A stretch of DNA of 63,642 bases, the filler included, from Octopus bimaculoides (taxonomy: Eukaryota): assembly GCF_001194135.2 (NCBI RefSeq). It is 7 parts of 5 records of this genome, joined end to end, with 100 filler letters (N's around TTAATTAATTAA, not from the genome) between each part and the next. Parts side by side here need not be neighbours in the genome. Positions count along the whole stretch, not along the records: positions 47,397 to 50,740 come from NC_068982.1; positions 50,841 to 58,854 come from NC_068999.1; positions 58,955 to 62,121 come from NC_068996.1; positions 62,222 to 63,642 come from NC_069008.1; 3 more parts are not named here. The stretch is one strand, 5' to 3'. Position numbers and translations under genes: made by a program. The notes below the pieces were generated by a model that ran no database searches, was not told where the DNA came from, and saw only the letters and a list, made by a program, of their open reading frames with translations. Shown here piece after piece: positions 50,736 to 63,642 of the stretch (position 1 is the stretch's first letter; each line of letters starts with the position of its first letter).

Positions 50736-50840
50736 TATATNNNNNNNNNNNNNNNNNNNNNNNNNNNNNNNNNNNNNNNNNNNNTTAATTAATTAANNNN
50801 NNNNNNNNNNNNNNNNNNNNNNNNNNNNNNNNNNNNNNNN

Positions 50841-50904
<64 letters not shown>

Positions 50905-50940
50905 TAATAAATAATAATAAATAATAATAATAAGTAGTTC

Positions 50941-50972
<32 letters not shown>

Positions 50973-51168
50973 TTAACGCCATAAAAATATAGAATACTAC
51001 TGAAGAAAATGAAGTTTAAGAAATTTTTTTTTAACACTGAAAAGATCAAATAATGGAAACCAAAAAGCTAAAAAGAAAAGAATAATGGTAATAAATGTGA
51101 AATAAAAACACATATAAAAGAATTTGAAAAAAAAAATGCACCAAAATAAAATGGTTTGAAGAGAGGAA

Positions 51169-51248
<80 letters not shown>

Positions 51249-51250
51249 AA
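50841..51250. repeat. (TAA)n/(TAG)n tracts
   Basis: Directly visible. Confidence 0.9.
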
Positions 51251-51893
51251 ACATAAAGTATAAAAGAAAGAAAGAGAAAAATCAAAGATAAAGAATTCCA
51301 TAACGGTAATGAAAAGTAAAAAGAAAAACAGTGCAGGAAGTTAAACAAGGAGCGAATAAAAGTAAAAGAAAAAAATAATACATTTTACAGAAGGAAGAAA
51401 TACTCAAAGAATTTTTCAGCATATTTTGAGAAAAAAATTTAGTTCAGTCTATAAAATGCGAAAAATAAAAAGGTGGAAAAAAATCACCTAAATCCAGAAC
51501 AAAACGAGAGAAAAAATATACAGAAAAAGAAAAAAAAACAGAAAAATATATGTGGGTTATTCTGCAATAAGATTATTACTTGAAAAACATCTAAATATTG
51601 TGGAAAATATTGTAGAAAATCCGTTAAAGCAGGTAGGTCATAGTTGGAAAGAAGAAACGGTAAAATTTAGCTTGAGTATATAAGAAATATCTAGAATATA
51701 TCCAGAGTATATAAGAAATATCCAGAAGAGCAGGACGAAATACTAATATTTCTTGTAACCAAGGAAAAGAAATTTTACATAGGGATTTTGGCTCGTGAAG
51801 AAATGGCTGACAATAAATCGCTCTCAAATTATACACTTTACTGTCTTACAAAGAGAAGACGGACATTTTGAATAACGCGGCCAGTAGATGCAG

Positions 51894-52029
<136 letters not shown>

Positions 52030-52106
52030 TGAATATTTATTCTCATATGCAGCAACCCCTTTTTTCAGCTTATCGTACTTTTAGCTTCGTTTTTCCTTGG
52101 GGCTAG

Positions 52107-52190
52107 CCAGATTGGAGCAATCTCGAGTATAATCAGCCGAAATTGCGAAGATAATCTGGTACTCGACTGAGGAAAGAAAACTTCGAATGA
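52107..52190 (+). ncRNA. Second candidate non-circularly permuted hammerhead
   Basis: GCAAUC^UCGAGUA...CC-GAAAUUGC...UACUCGA-CUGAGGA; stem II weak. Confidence 0.5.
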
Positions 52191-52289
52191 CCCGTCCTTG
52201 CTTTCTTTGTATCGTCTGTCTGGATGTTTTGTTGTCCCATTTTTGTATCACCTAACTGTCCGGATGTTTTGCGTTCTTGTCCCATTTTG

Positions 52290-52323
<34 letters not shown>

Positions 52324-53099
52324 TAAATTGGTGCAATTCTATACAACGTTCACTTCGTCCCTTTCCTTCCCGAGTTCAAATCACACGCAGGTTGGCTTTT
52401 TTGTATTTTCTCTCTGTTTCTGTCTGCTTCTATCTCTCTGTCTCTCTCTCTCCCTGTGTTTATCTGTTTCCTTCACTCTCTCACTCTATGTCTCTCTCAT
52501 TCTTTCTCTCACGTACTTCGTCCCTCTCCAAAGAAGGACCTCTTAACTAATTGGAATTTTATCATTAACAGACTCGCTTCAGCTCTAGTCCAGTCCGCAG
52601 GTATCCTGTATCTCCCTTCACTCTCTCTGTCTCTCCATCTCTCTCTCTGTCTCTCTCTCTCTCTCTTATTCACTATCCCTGTTTTCAGGCTAAATAAGAT
52701 AATTAACAGTCCAATAGTGACGCTGATGTAGTCGACAGTGATAATAATTATTTGAGCTTTACATTAGAAATCAATATTTATATCGAAGTGAGTAAACAAA
52801 ACACCTCAATGTTTAAATGAAAGTCTAGTGATTTCCATTTCATAGCTCGTATATTTAATATCTATTTCATATGTAATGACCTACAAAACAAAAATCTAAA
52901 AATTAGTTGGCCAGACAGATGACACACAACAAACAATACGATAGACAAGCCCTTGATCGACAGAAAAAGATAAAACATAAAACAACACAAATAAAAAAGA
53001 ACAAAACAAAGTATGTGCTAACATCTATGGAAACGAACCGGTTAATATATCTTACATCTAAATGAGACAAGCAATTTAAAAAAAAACATTATTATTACT

Positions 53100-53662
53100 A
53101 TTGAGTGAGAGAGTAGCGCATGCCATCAAAGTGACACTGGGGTACAAATATACGAAGCCCAATATACCCATCATGACCACCCGTCTGATAAGGGTACACC
53201 AGGCACATGCATCACAACCATATGTGCGCGACATAGTGATCTCATATCAAGATGAACAGCGCATAACCTTGCAGGTGGGGCCCAGTTAGAATTTTCTTCA
53301 GATCGAGTCGCTCATCCCGTTCAAGAGGTCCCTGAATAAGGTTTGTTTAAGAATGTTGAGCAAAACACCCATGTTTCGAAAGGTGAATTATCCAAACCCC
53401 CAAAGAATTCCTCTCAACATATGGCTATGATGCTCCCCCACTACTTCTGCTCATGATCAGAGATGCACATATCGTCAGCCACCAAGGGACATGTTCAACT
53501 GGTTAGGGTCAAACAATTGACGAGCAAATCTGTGGTATTAAGCAGAATATTTGCTGTAGCCCATCTTCTTATACCAAGACAAAACATTGTACATGATAAC
53601 GCTTCCAATCAGTTAAGGTGAGAAGCCATGAGGGGTTGACTGCCTGGTACTGCATCAGGGCA

Positions 53663-53665
<3 letters not shown>
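53100..53665 (-). mobile_element. About 570-bp interspersed repeat (LINE 3' UTR/SINE-like)
   Basis: Shared with 9925-10200; short (TAA)-like tail at the left end; orientation inferred. Confidence 0.6.
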
Positions 53666-53721
<56 letters not shown>

Positions 53722-53774
53722 CAACATTATTATTATCATCATCATCATCATCATCGTCATCGTCATCATCATCG

Positions 53775-53805
<31 letters not shown>

Positions 53806-54028
53806 TATTATTATTATTATTATTACTATTATTATTATTGTTATATGTTTGGCGTTTGCTTTGTATTTGTACAAGTTGACTCCAAGTCTCACACAGAGAC
53901 CTCAGGTGACAATAAGTTAGAAGTTCAAGTTGGTATTGTGCCTAGGGTGCCATATTTTGATTTTCGCACAGAGTGTTGTTCTAGAGAATGTTTTATTATT
54001 ATCATTATTATTATTATTGTTATTATTA

Positions 54029-54103
<75 letters not shown>

Positions 54104-54637
54104 TATTTTGCAAACAAGCTAACTTGGCCGACAAACGACATATTTAACAAGTGATCACGCAAATGTTTTATTAAACTGATCAAGTCAATAAAGCGAATAT
54201 TCATGTGACCATCCTAATAAAATTTATATTCAAATAAACGCTACAGTTTAAAGTGGCTGTGCAATCAAAAGTTATTATATATTAACTGAACTGACCTAAA
54301 ATTTATATTTAAACTCTCCTACAAGCAAAAGATATATAATTATCAGAGCTGACAAACGAAATTTGTACCCTGATGATCATATACATTAAGTGCTAGCCTG
54401 ACATGAGAATGCTAGGAAGAACATTTTGTCGTTTCACTGATTACTGACCAACGAACCTTGACCACTAATAATAGGTTAGTCTTTGAAGAAACCTATAACA
54501 ACACTGAACACCTCCGCCCGCCCTTCCGTCCGTTCGTCCGCTCGTCCGAGCATCCACACACCCACCCACCTACCACACGACGGTCTGAGTTTGCCTTAAA
54601 TAATCGAAAATAGGAAGCGTTATTATTATTATTATTA

Positions 54638-54690
<53 letters not shown>
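53666..54690. repeat. Cluster of (TTA)n/(TCA)n tracts
   Basis: Tracts at 53666-53840, 53990-54100 and 54620-54690. Confidence 0.9.
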
Positions 54691-55069
54691 GTATTCATTA
54701 GAAACCACTTGTCATTTCAGGCTGGTTTTAAGATATTTTTGTATAATCAATAGTTTTGTCTAATTGTTAGTTGTTATTGTGATAAGCAGCGATGGCGATG
54801 TGAATATTTCGACTGATTCAAAAATCCACTACACTTGCTTGGTTTCATTCGGTAATTCTGTCTGTTTTAGTTATCAAAATAGAATAGCGAGTTATCGAGA
54901 CAAACCTCTACGCCAGCCATTTCCAACTGACAGGGATAGGGTTAGGGTTACGATTTTGCCTTGGTGATTTTCATAGAATCGCACATGAATTAAACTGGAG
55001 TTTGATACAAAGCCTCCAAGACAAAAATTGGTGTGTGTGTGTGTATATGTGAGTGCCATTGAGTTAGTG

Positions 55070-55285
55070 TTTGTGTTTGTCGCCCCATCCGCTCGACAGC
55101 CGGAACTGGTTTATTTACGTCCTTGTAAATTAGCGATTATGCAAAAGTGACCGACAGAAAAGGAATCAGGCTTTATAAAAGAGTAAAATAAAGAGGGTAT
55201 CGATTTGTTCGACTAAATCATTTAAATCGGTGCCACAGCATGGCCACGGTCTAAGAATGGCTGAAACAAGTACAAGATGATATAA
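55070..55285 (+). mobile_element. Diverged SINE 3' half
   Basis: Similar to 25195-25415. Confidence 0.7.
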
Positions 55286-56215
55286 AAAAGACGAATGGTT
55301 AAAGTTATATCGGCTGTATGATCATATGATCAGATGATCATATGATCAGCCAAACTAAAGAGAAAATAGAAAAAGAAAAAAAATATTTTTCTCTTCACCT
55401 GGTCAATTCAGTTAAGTAGAAGTCTTGTTTGGTCATTCACCAAATGACATTTGTCTTAAAAACTTATGCAAATGTGTCTACTTGGCGAGTTAAGTATAAA
55501 ATTTAGCCGTCTGTAGACAGTTAGATATGAGTTTTACACACTGTAACGCATTAAGTGTTGTAACGTTTGACTTACTGAATGTGTGTCTGGTTTAAAAATA
55601 ATCTTTGCATATTTGAACCATCGTAAACTTTAGCACTCACCAACCAGGGAAGAAGAACAGCGGAGAAAGCCTGTGAGAGATTCCAAGACAAGCTTAAAGC
55701 ATACTTTGTATGTATGTACACACACATACACACACATATACATACATTCACACTCACACATATATACCCACACACACATATTCGTATATATACAGTACAT
55801 GCATATACTTAAGATCTGTATGCATATAAGCATGTGTATATATATTGTAGATGTATATGCACACAAATGCACTCCCGCGTGCACACGCACACACATATAT
55901 ACGTACATATATGCATACATATATACAAATATATATACACACACACATACATACCTACATACATACATATGTATATATATATGCATGCATACATATGTGC
56001 ACAAAAAACACACATACACGCATACACTCACAAAGTCACAACCACTTATACACACACACACACATATACGGACACCCATGCACGTGTACATACCTAGGCA
56101 CATGCCACGTTGATTAATCAGACTTGAAATGCGGTTAATAAGGAATAGAGTGTTTAATTATGTGATTTCTATTTCAGACTGTCCAATAATTACTCTGTGT
56201 GTGTACGTGTATGTG

Positions 56216-56246
<31 letters not shown>

Positions 56247-56326
56247 NNNNNNNNNNNNNNNNNNNNNNNNNNNNNNNNNNNNNNNNNNNNNNNNNNNNNN
56301 NNNNNNNNNNNNNNNNNNNNNNNNNN

Positions 56327-56364
<38 letters not shown>

Positions 56365-56654
56365 TGTATTTTTCTTCGTATATGTGTGTGTGTCTTTGCG
56401 CGCGCACATGTGTCTGTGTGTGGGTTTATATCTACGATGTCTGAATAGCTAAAGAGTTTCGCAGCAGTCATAAAATCTGTTTCAATCTCACTTCACACAA
56501 AGTAATTGGAGCAAGAATCTCTTTCCATGCTTTCTGGTCAGCTGAGGTTTCTGTGAGTAAAATTGAGTAAGCGGAAACTATATCGAAGCCCGTCAGATGG
56601 ACTATAGCCACGCTTGAAAAGATCTAAGCTTGTCTCGCATAATATTACGCTTAT

Positions 56655-56830
56655 TCGAGCTGGCAGAATCGTTAGCGCGCCGGGCAAAATTCTTAGCGGC
56701 ATTCGTCCGTCTTTACATTCTGAGTTCAAATCCCATCGAGGTCGACTTCGCCTTTCATCCCTTTGGGGTCAATCGAATTTCCCCCTTCCCCGAAGTTGCT
56801 GGCTTTGTGCCAAAATTTGAAACCACTATA
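56655..56830 (+). mobile_element. tRNA-derived SINE
   Basis: gagctggcagaatcgttagc A-box-like and gagttcaaatccc B-box-like elements. Confidence 0.85.
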
Positions 56831-58461
56831 ACGCCGATTCTGCCTGGGAGATTACTACGAAGTTACAACTTTCTAAGCACTTCTGTCGATGGAACAACTG
56901 AAATACTCAACAGATCTCATCATGGATAGCATATTCCTCGATGCACAATGCCACTTAAAGGTTGATGTGGTCCCGACTGGAGCATCTTTGACGAGAGATA
57001 CTTTAGCTCTATCAAGACTCGTCTGGGGTTTATAAGACATCCCCATAATGGAAAATATATTCTTAGATACACAATATCCCTAAAAAGGACGTGATGGCCA
57101 TAACTGGGACATCTTTGACCCATCCTTGTCCCTTGAGATTTCTACCTTACTAAAAGACTCCTTACATTTGTATGTACACTGAGTAACTATTCTACCTCTC
57201 GCATGTGATCTCTGCCCTGCAAAATGTTTCCTTATTTTTGGCCCTGTCTCTTGTTAGCCCTTTCACATATGACATTTCTTATTCAAAAGGACACCTTGCT
57301 TTACGAAATGCTCCAAACTTTTTCTCCTCTACTGTGTGACCTTTGCCCTGCAAAATGTTTCCTTATTTTTCTCCCTGTCTCTTAATCGTTGATCCTTTCA
57401 CATATGACCTTCCCCCATTGAAAAGAAGCACCTTATTTTGCTCTTATCTTCGTTACATTTAACCCATCCGTCCGTGACCACAGCTTTACTAAATGCTTCC
57501 ATAATTCCCCCCTAAACTGTACGAACACTGTCCTTTCATGTGTGACCTCCGCCTCGCCAAAAACCCTCACTACTTTATACTCCGACCCCGCGTAACCCTT
57601 GTCCTTCTCCCGTGTGACATTTACCCTACCACGGTTCCACATACTTTTGGCCATCGTGCATCCTACGCTCTTCGTCCCATCCTACATCCTCACCACAGTC
57701 ATCCTTGCTCGTCATAGATGTCAACCTTTGCTCATAATCAACATTTGTTCTATCATCACTGACAAAGCTGATCCGCTTTCAACACCCCCCTCCCGCCTCC
57801 CGCCCACACTCCTCACCACACCTTCCTGTCAATCATTTCCCCTAATCACCTCACATCACTGTCACGTGACGTTATTGTCGTATTGCAACGTTGTTCGTCT
57901 TCGCTGCTCTTGGTTTTACTTGCTTTGGCTGTTGTTGTTGTTGTTGTTGTGGATGTTGTTGTTGTTGCCATTGGTGATGCTGCTGCTGCTGATGCTGTTA
58001 CTGGTGTTTTTGTTGTTGCAGTCATCCACTGAAGTCTTTTTTTCCCCCAACTTTACATGAATCTGTTCTCCAACATGAACATGATNNNNNNNNNNNNNNN
58101 NNNNNNNNNNNNNNNNNNNNNNNNNNNNNNNNNNNNNNNNNNNNNNNNNNNNNNNNNNNNNNNNNNNNNNNNNNNNNNNNNNNNNNNNNNNNNNNNNNNN
58201 NNNNNNNNNNNNNNNNNNNNNNNNNNNNNNNNNNNNNNNNNNNNNNNNNNNNNNNNNNNNNNNNNNNNNNNNNNNNNNNNNNNNNNNNNNNNNNNNNNNN
58301 NNNNNNNNNNNNNNNNNNNNNNNNNNNNNNNNNNNNNNNNNNNNNNNNNNNNNNNNNNNNNNNNNNNNNNNNNNNNNNNNNNNNNNNNNNGAGCAGATCG
58401 CTGTGATGATGATGATGATGATGATGATGAAGATGAAGACGATAACAAAGATGATGATGTC

Positions 58462-58498
<37 letters not shown>

Positions 58499-58792
58499 GT
58501 ACTTGTGATTTCAAGCTTCACTTTTATTCCAACTTCCCAACCACCCAACGACACCTGCTTCCATTTTTTTTACTGCCCTTCAGGGCTTCAAGTTGTATTT
58601 GCGATACACACACACACCACACACGCACACACGAAGACATACTCTCACTCTCTCACACACACGTACACATACACAGATCATCACACACACACACAAACAT
58701 GCACATGCACACATACATACACACGCACCGGCAAACTTTCACCTCCTCGCAAAGTCATACTCATGCTCACTAAGCCACAAAGTCACACTATA

Positions 58793-58854
<62 letters not shown>

Positions 58855-58954
58855 NNNNNNNNNNNNNNNNNNNNNNNNNNNNNNNNNNNNNNNNNNNNTT
58901 AATTAATTAANNNNNNNNNNNNNNNNNNNNNNNNNNNNNNNNNNNNNNNNNNNN

Positions 58955-59502
58955 CTCAGCATGGTCGACTGCGGGCCGGGCCGGCTGGCCATTTGGAGGG
59001 AGCTGAGGACAGGCATTGCCGATGAGATTGCCCGCATTCTGAACGGGATATTCTTGGAGAGGGATCCTGTGGAAGAACTGCTAATGGACAACGGGGCGGC
59101 GTTTCGTTCGGAAGCGTTGGGAGAGATGCTTGACCGGTGGAAGGTGCGACGATTATTTAGAGCGGCGTATAGACCGAGTAGCAACGGAATCGTTGAGAGG
59201 CACCATCGGACGATCAAGACCATGGCTGAAAGGGGGCACATTTCGCCCCTGGAAGCGGTCTACTGGTACAATATGTCTCCCCGATCCAGACAAGCGGAAG
59301 AGTCTGTGCCGCACAGAGCGGTGTTCAAATATGAATGGAGGCATCCCTGTAAGACGCTGGAGTTCTGCGAGGAAGAGAAGGGACCCGCCGGCGTGAAAGT
59401 AGGGGAGGAAGTTTGGGTCAAGCCGCTGAAGGCACGCTGCACATCACAATGGGGCAGGGGAACAGTGACAGCGGTCAATTCCAGAAACAATGTCTCTGTG
59501 GA
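58955..59502 (+). CDS. Ty3/Gypsy-type integrase core (partial, gap-bounded)
   Basis: Uninterrupted frame with VDC..MDNGAAF..YRPSSNGIVERHHRTIK (DDE) and the C-terminal VWVK..WGRGTV region; GC-rich. Confidence 0.9.
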
Positions 59503-59646
59503 NNNNNNNNNNNNNNNNNNNNNNNNNNNNNNNNNNNNNNNNNNNNNNNNNNNNNNNNNNNNNNNNNNNNNNNNNNNNNNNNNNNNNNNNNNNNNNNNNN
59601 NNNNNNNNNNNNNNNNNNNNNNNNNNNNNNNNNNNNNNNNNNNNNN

Positions 59647-59928
59647 GGTGGCGTGTGGTATGACGTCAGTGTCTGGGGAGGCTGACCGGAAGGGCGAGTC
59701 GACCGGAAGGGGAAAAAGGGCAGAGGGAGCCTCGATCGGCATTCGTGCCCTTTTCGAACGGGGCTGCGGGCAGGACAAGACGTGTTAAGCGACGGTCTAG
59801 GTTTGGGAAGGTTTGGGAGAAGCAGCTGCTATTCCTGGTGTACTTTGGGTCGGGGCAAGCTTCGAGGATCGGATACCGCAAGACGGACTCGCAGTCGAGG
59901 AAAGGAAAACTGAGGTAAGGCGATTACA
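59647..59928 (+). mobile_element. Probable 3' LTR portion of the Gypsy element
   Basis: GC-rich segment after the integrase ending in ...gattaCA, followed by an abrupt composition change; LTR start and PPT are probably in the gap. Confidence 0.45.
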
Positions 59929-59949
59929 TCTACTCGTACGCACACACCA

Positions 59950-60760
59950 CAGGATTTACAGAAGTACTCCAAAAAAGAGAAAGGAAATAGTAAATACACA
60001 CCAGAAAAACCCCAAAAAGAAAAAGAAGAATAGTAAAACAGAAGACATTGTACAGCAAACATACAATGCACAAGACACACTCACACAGCATACATCACCA
60101 CCAGTAACACCAACAAAAAAAAATAAAGGAAACTGCCCGAGGTAGCCTGAGTTCACCTTGTAAACAAACAGACACAGACAGGCATAACACACAGTCCCTC
60201 AAAAGGCCCCCATAAAAACAAAGTGTATATTGTGACGTACACAAAAAGTATGACAATTGAACGAAAAATCACCAAGTTCAAATCAGTGATTAGAGTGAAA
60301 TTGCTGGCTGAGGAATATACAGAAAACACTAAATATATATTAATAGACAAGGAAAGATATGCTAAATTAAAGAAATTGACCGGGTCAAACATTGACCCAT
60401 TAGGAGTGGAAATGGTATATGATAACCTACCTCCAGTCGTGGACTATGACGATTTGAAACCGTATATAAACTGGTAGGACATGTAAGTTTTTAATATTAT
60501 AACACAGAAAAATAACGGAAAGACTACACCACATGCTACCATGAAGAAAAAAATATATAAAAACTTTGATAAAGAACGGTTAAATGATAGTGCTTGAGAG
60601 TGGGGTTCGAGTAGCCACCTCACCTTCATTTATTCATAATTCATTTTCATTCATTACAATTCATTATAATTCATTTTCATTCATCCGTTTCATCTTTTTG
60701 TCCCCACTTGTATTGTTCTGTCTGTGTTCGGGCCTGTGTGTTCAATAAAGAAAGAAAGTA
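59950..60760 (+). mobile_element. Possible L1/Tx1-like LINE remnant, 3' end
   Basis: 84-aa ORF ending ...YDNLPPVVDYDDLKPYINW*, then a T-rich UTR, AATAAA and a gaaa tail; family assignment weak. Confidence 0.35.
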
Positions 60761-61079
60761 TGTATATATTTATTCATTCATTCATTTATTTATTTATTTA
60801 TTTATTTATCTATTATTTAGTAGAAGCAAAAAATATAGAGATATACATATACTCATAATTTGAGTTCTATTTTCCTGTTTGCATCACCAAGCTTGAATGT
60901 GTATATATATATCACCATCATCATCATCATTGTTTAATGTCTGCCTTCCATGCTGCTATGGGTTGGATGGTTTGAAAATACATACATACATATACATGTG
61001 TGTTTGTGTGTGTGTGTGTGCGTGTGTGTGCGTGCATGTATATAGATATATACCAGCATGGAAGACAGACATTAAATGA

Positions 61080-61272
61080 TGATGATGAAGATGATGATGA
61101 TATATGTATATATATGTGTATGTATATATATATATGTATGTATATATATATGTATATATATATGTATGTATATATATATATATGTATGTATATATGTATT
61201 TGTATATCATCATCATCATTTCATGTCCATGTTCCATGCTGGCATATATCTATATCTATCTATCTATCTGTC

Positions 61273-61309
<37 letters not shown>

Positions 61310-61418
61310 NNNNNNNNNNTGTATACATATATATATACATATATACATATATAAATACATTCATGTATATATATACATAAATACACATATATATATATAC
61401 ATATACAAATATATACAT

Positions 61419-61449
<31 letters not shown>

Positions 61450-61750
61450 CATATGTATATATACATATTATATACATATACACATATATATATATATACA
61501 TAATTGTACATATACATACATATATNNNNNNNNNNNNNNNNNNNNNNNNNNNNNNNNNNNNNNNNNNNNNNNNNNNNNNNNNNNNNNNNNNNNNNNNNNN
61601 NNNNNNNNNNNNNNNNNNNNNNNNNNNNNNNNNNNNNNNNNNNNNNNNNNNNNNNNNNNNNNNNNNNNNNNNNNNNNNNNNNNNNNNNNNNNNNNNNNNN
61701 NNNNNNNNNNNNNNNNNNNNNNNNNNNNNNNNNATATATATATATATATA
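61080..61750. repeat. (TA)/(TATG)/(TACA) low-complexity block with short RTE-tail fragments and gaps
   Basis: Directly visible. Confidence 0.85.
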
Positions 61751-62055
61751 CGTATATGTGTTTAAGTGCAAAATTATAAGTATTCCCATTAGTGTATATG
61801 CAATTTTTAATTGAAATGATTTTATACACTTAAACATGGTCATGTGCACACACACATATGTACACATGCATGAATGCACATACACATATGTACAGATGCA
61901 TATGAAAAGTTTGTGAGGGGAAAATAGTCAATACCGGATGTAGGACAAAAATGAATTTATTCAGGCAGCAGAGAAGAAGAGTTAGTGTCAGTAGATTAAT
62001 GTTCACACATGCTTGCACACACACATATGTACATTCACACGTATGCACACACATT

Positions 62056-62094
<39 letters not shown>

Positions 62095-62404
62095 ACACAC
62101 ACAAACATGCATACATATATANNNNNNNNNNNNNNNNNNNNNNNNNNNNNNNNNNNNNNNNNNNNTTAATTAATTAANNNNNNNNNNNNNNNNNNNNNNN
62201 NNNNNNNNNNNNNNNNNNNNNATATATATATATATAATTAAAACAGTAGGGTAAAAAGTTGGATATTAATTAACGTCTATTTATTACCAGGAAGCAAACA
62301 CATTAAAAAAATCAGACAGATTCAGAGAAAATATCTGAGATCTGAAGGGATTATTGTATATGTATATATAAGGATATATAAGGAAGACTTTTGAATTTTG
62401 TTTA

Positions 62405-62595
62405 CGTAGAAGGAACGTGGCTAAGCACTTTGAGCATTCGACTCACAATCGTAAAGATGTGAGTTCGATTTCTGTCGGCGCGTTGTGTCCTTGAGCAAGA
62501 CACCTTTTTTTCACATTGCTCCATCCCTTGTTGTGTTGTTGGCACTCCGTCGCTTACGACGTCGAGGGTTCCAGTTGATCCGATCAACGGAACAG
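62405..62595. mobile_element. SINE head (+) joined to a second-family SINE tail (-)
   Basis: gtgagttcgatttc B-box head followed by ttggcactccgtcgcttacgacg... Confidence 0.7.
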
Positions 62596-62869
62596 CCTGC
62601 TCGTGAAATTAACGTGGTCTTTATAGCTATGTGTTCTCTGCTATGTCCTAATAACAACTATATTTCAAAGGGAGAGAGAATAATTTGCTTTGTCTTTATT
62701 TTGTCAATCTATTCTGCTATAATCTCATATTATGTTCTGTACGTAATGAATCCTTCATCCTGAAGCATATGTATAAAGATTTCTAACACCAGGTTTTGCT
62801 ACACTTAAGCAGAATATTGGTTTTAAATTTTGGCAAAATATTGGTTCCAAAGATCTTTTATTTCTTAAT

Positions 62870-63180
62870 TGTTTCAGTCATTAGACTGTGGCCATGTTGG
62901 GGCACTGTCTTGAAGACCCTTAATTTGAACAAATTGACCCCGTTACTTATTTTTCAAGTCTGTTACGTAATCTATCCATTCTTTTTTGCCAAGCCACTAA
63001 GTTACAGAGGTGTAAATAAACCAGCACCAGTCGTCAAGAAGCGGTTCGGCAAAAGAGATACTGATAGAATAAGTACCGGGCTTCTAAAGAATAAGTCCTG
63101 GGGTCTATTTGCTCGACTAAAGGTGGTGCACCAGCATGGCTACAGTCAAATGACTGAAACAAGTAAAAGAGTAAAAGAAT
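62870..63180. mobile_element. SINE 3' half (+) preceded by an inverted tail fragment
   Basis: Matches the 25195-25415 family. Confidence 0.65.
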
Positions 63181-63375
63181 AAGTGATTCTGTCGAAAAAA
63201 GTTAAAGAAATAAATATTTTTACGGAAATTGCCGAAGAAATAGTTTTTTTTTCCGTGTGCGGTTATCGAAAGATAGCTTTGGTTGTTAAGCATCCGCGTT
63301 AATTCAAACAGAGTTCTCTCCCTTAGATAATGTGGCGGCTACCAAACAGTGTTACACACTGATACACATGAAAAC

Positions 63376-63642
63376 GTTGTTGTTGTTGGCACTCCGTCGC
63401 TTACGACGTCGAGGGTTCCAGTTGATCCGATCAACGGAACAGCCTGCTCGTGAAATTAACGTGCAAGTGGCTGAGCACTCCACGGACACGTGTACCCTTA
63501 ACGTAGTTCTCGGGGAAATGCAGAATGACACAGAACGTGATAAGAATATGATCTTTGAAATACAGGTACAACTCATTTTTGTTAGCTGAGTGGGATGGCG
63601 CGGAGGCGCAATGGCCCAGTGGTTAGGGTAGCGGACTTGCGG
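63376..63642. mobile_element. SINE body (-, 63376-63595) and a new SINE head (+, about 63600-63642)
   Basis: Matches 39911-40210. Confidence 0.8.

Overview
AT-rich, gappy metazoan genomic DNA. It is most likely an octopus/coleoid cephalopod draft scaffold, inferred from the tRNA-headed SINE families, the abundant RTE LINE 3' ends with (GAT)n tails and the extreme microsatellite load. No complete protein-coding gene, rRNA, true tRNA or CRISPR array is supportable. About 1-25 kb is strongly CpG-depleted and looks like the methylated, intron-rich body of a minus-strand gene, of which only a few short candidate exons are visible. It carries decayed RTE, mariner, DD37D-type Tc1/mariner, hAT and Merlin transposons, including two clean nested insertions. 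About 26-63.6 kb is CpG-retaining, intergenic-like DNA with SINEs, Penelope-like (PLE) relics, CR1/Jockey-group RT fragments, a young Gypsy-type integrase and many simple repeats. The most interesting signal is a cluster of hammerhead-ribozyme-like structures at 39-52 kb. It includes an apparently intact type I hammerhead inside an inverted-repeat element, several decayed ones, and two sequence-divergent loci (47.65 kb and 52.1 kb) that share a non-circularly permuted strand order (cleavage strand, GAAA strand, CUGANGA strand) with compensatory changes in three helices. All folds were paired by eye and none has been computed or tested.
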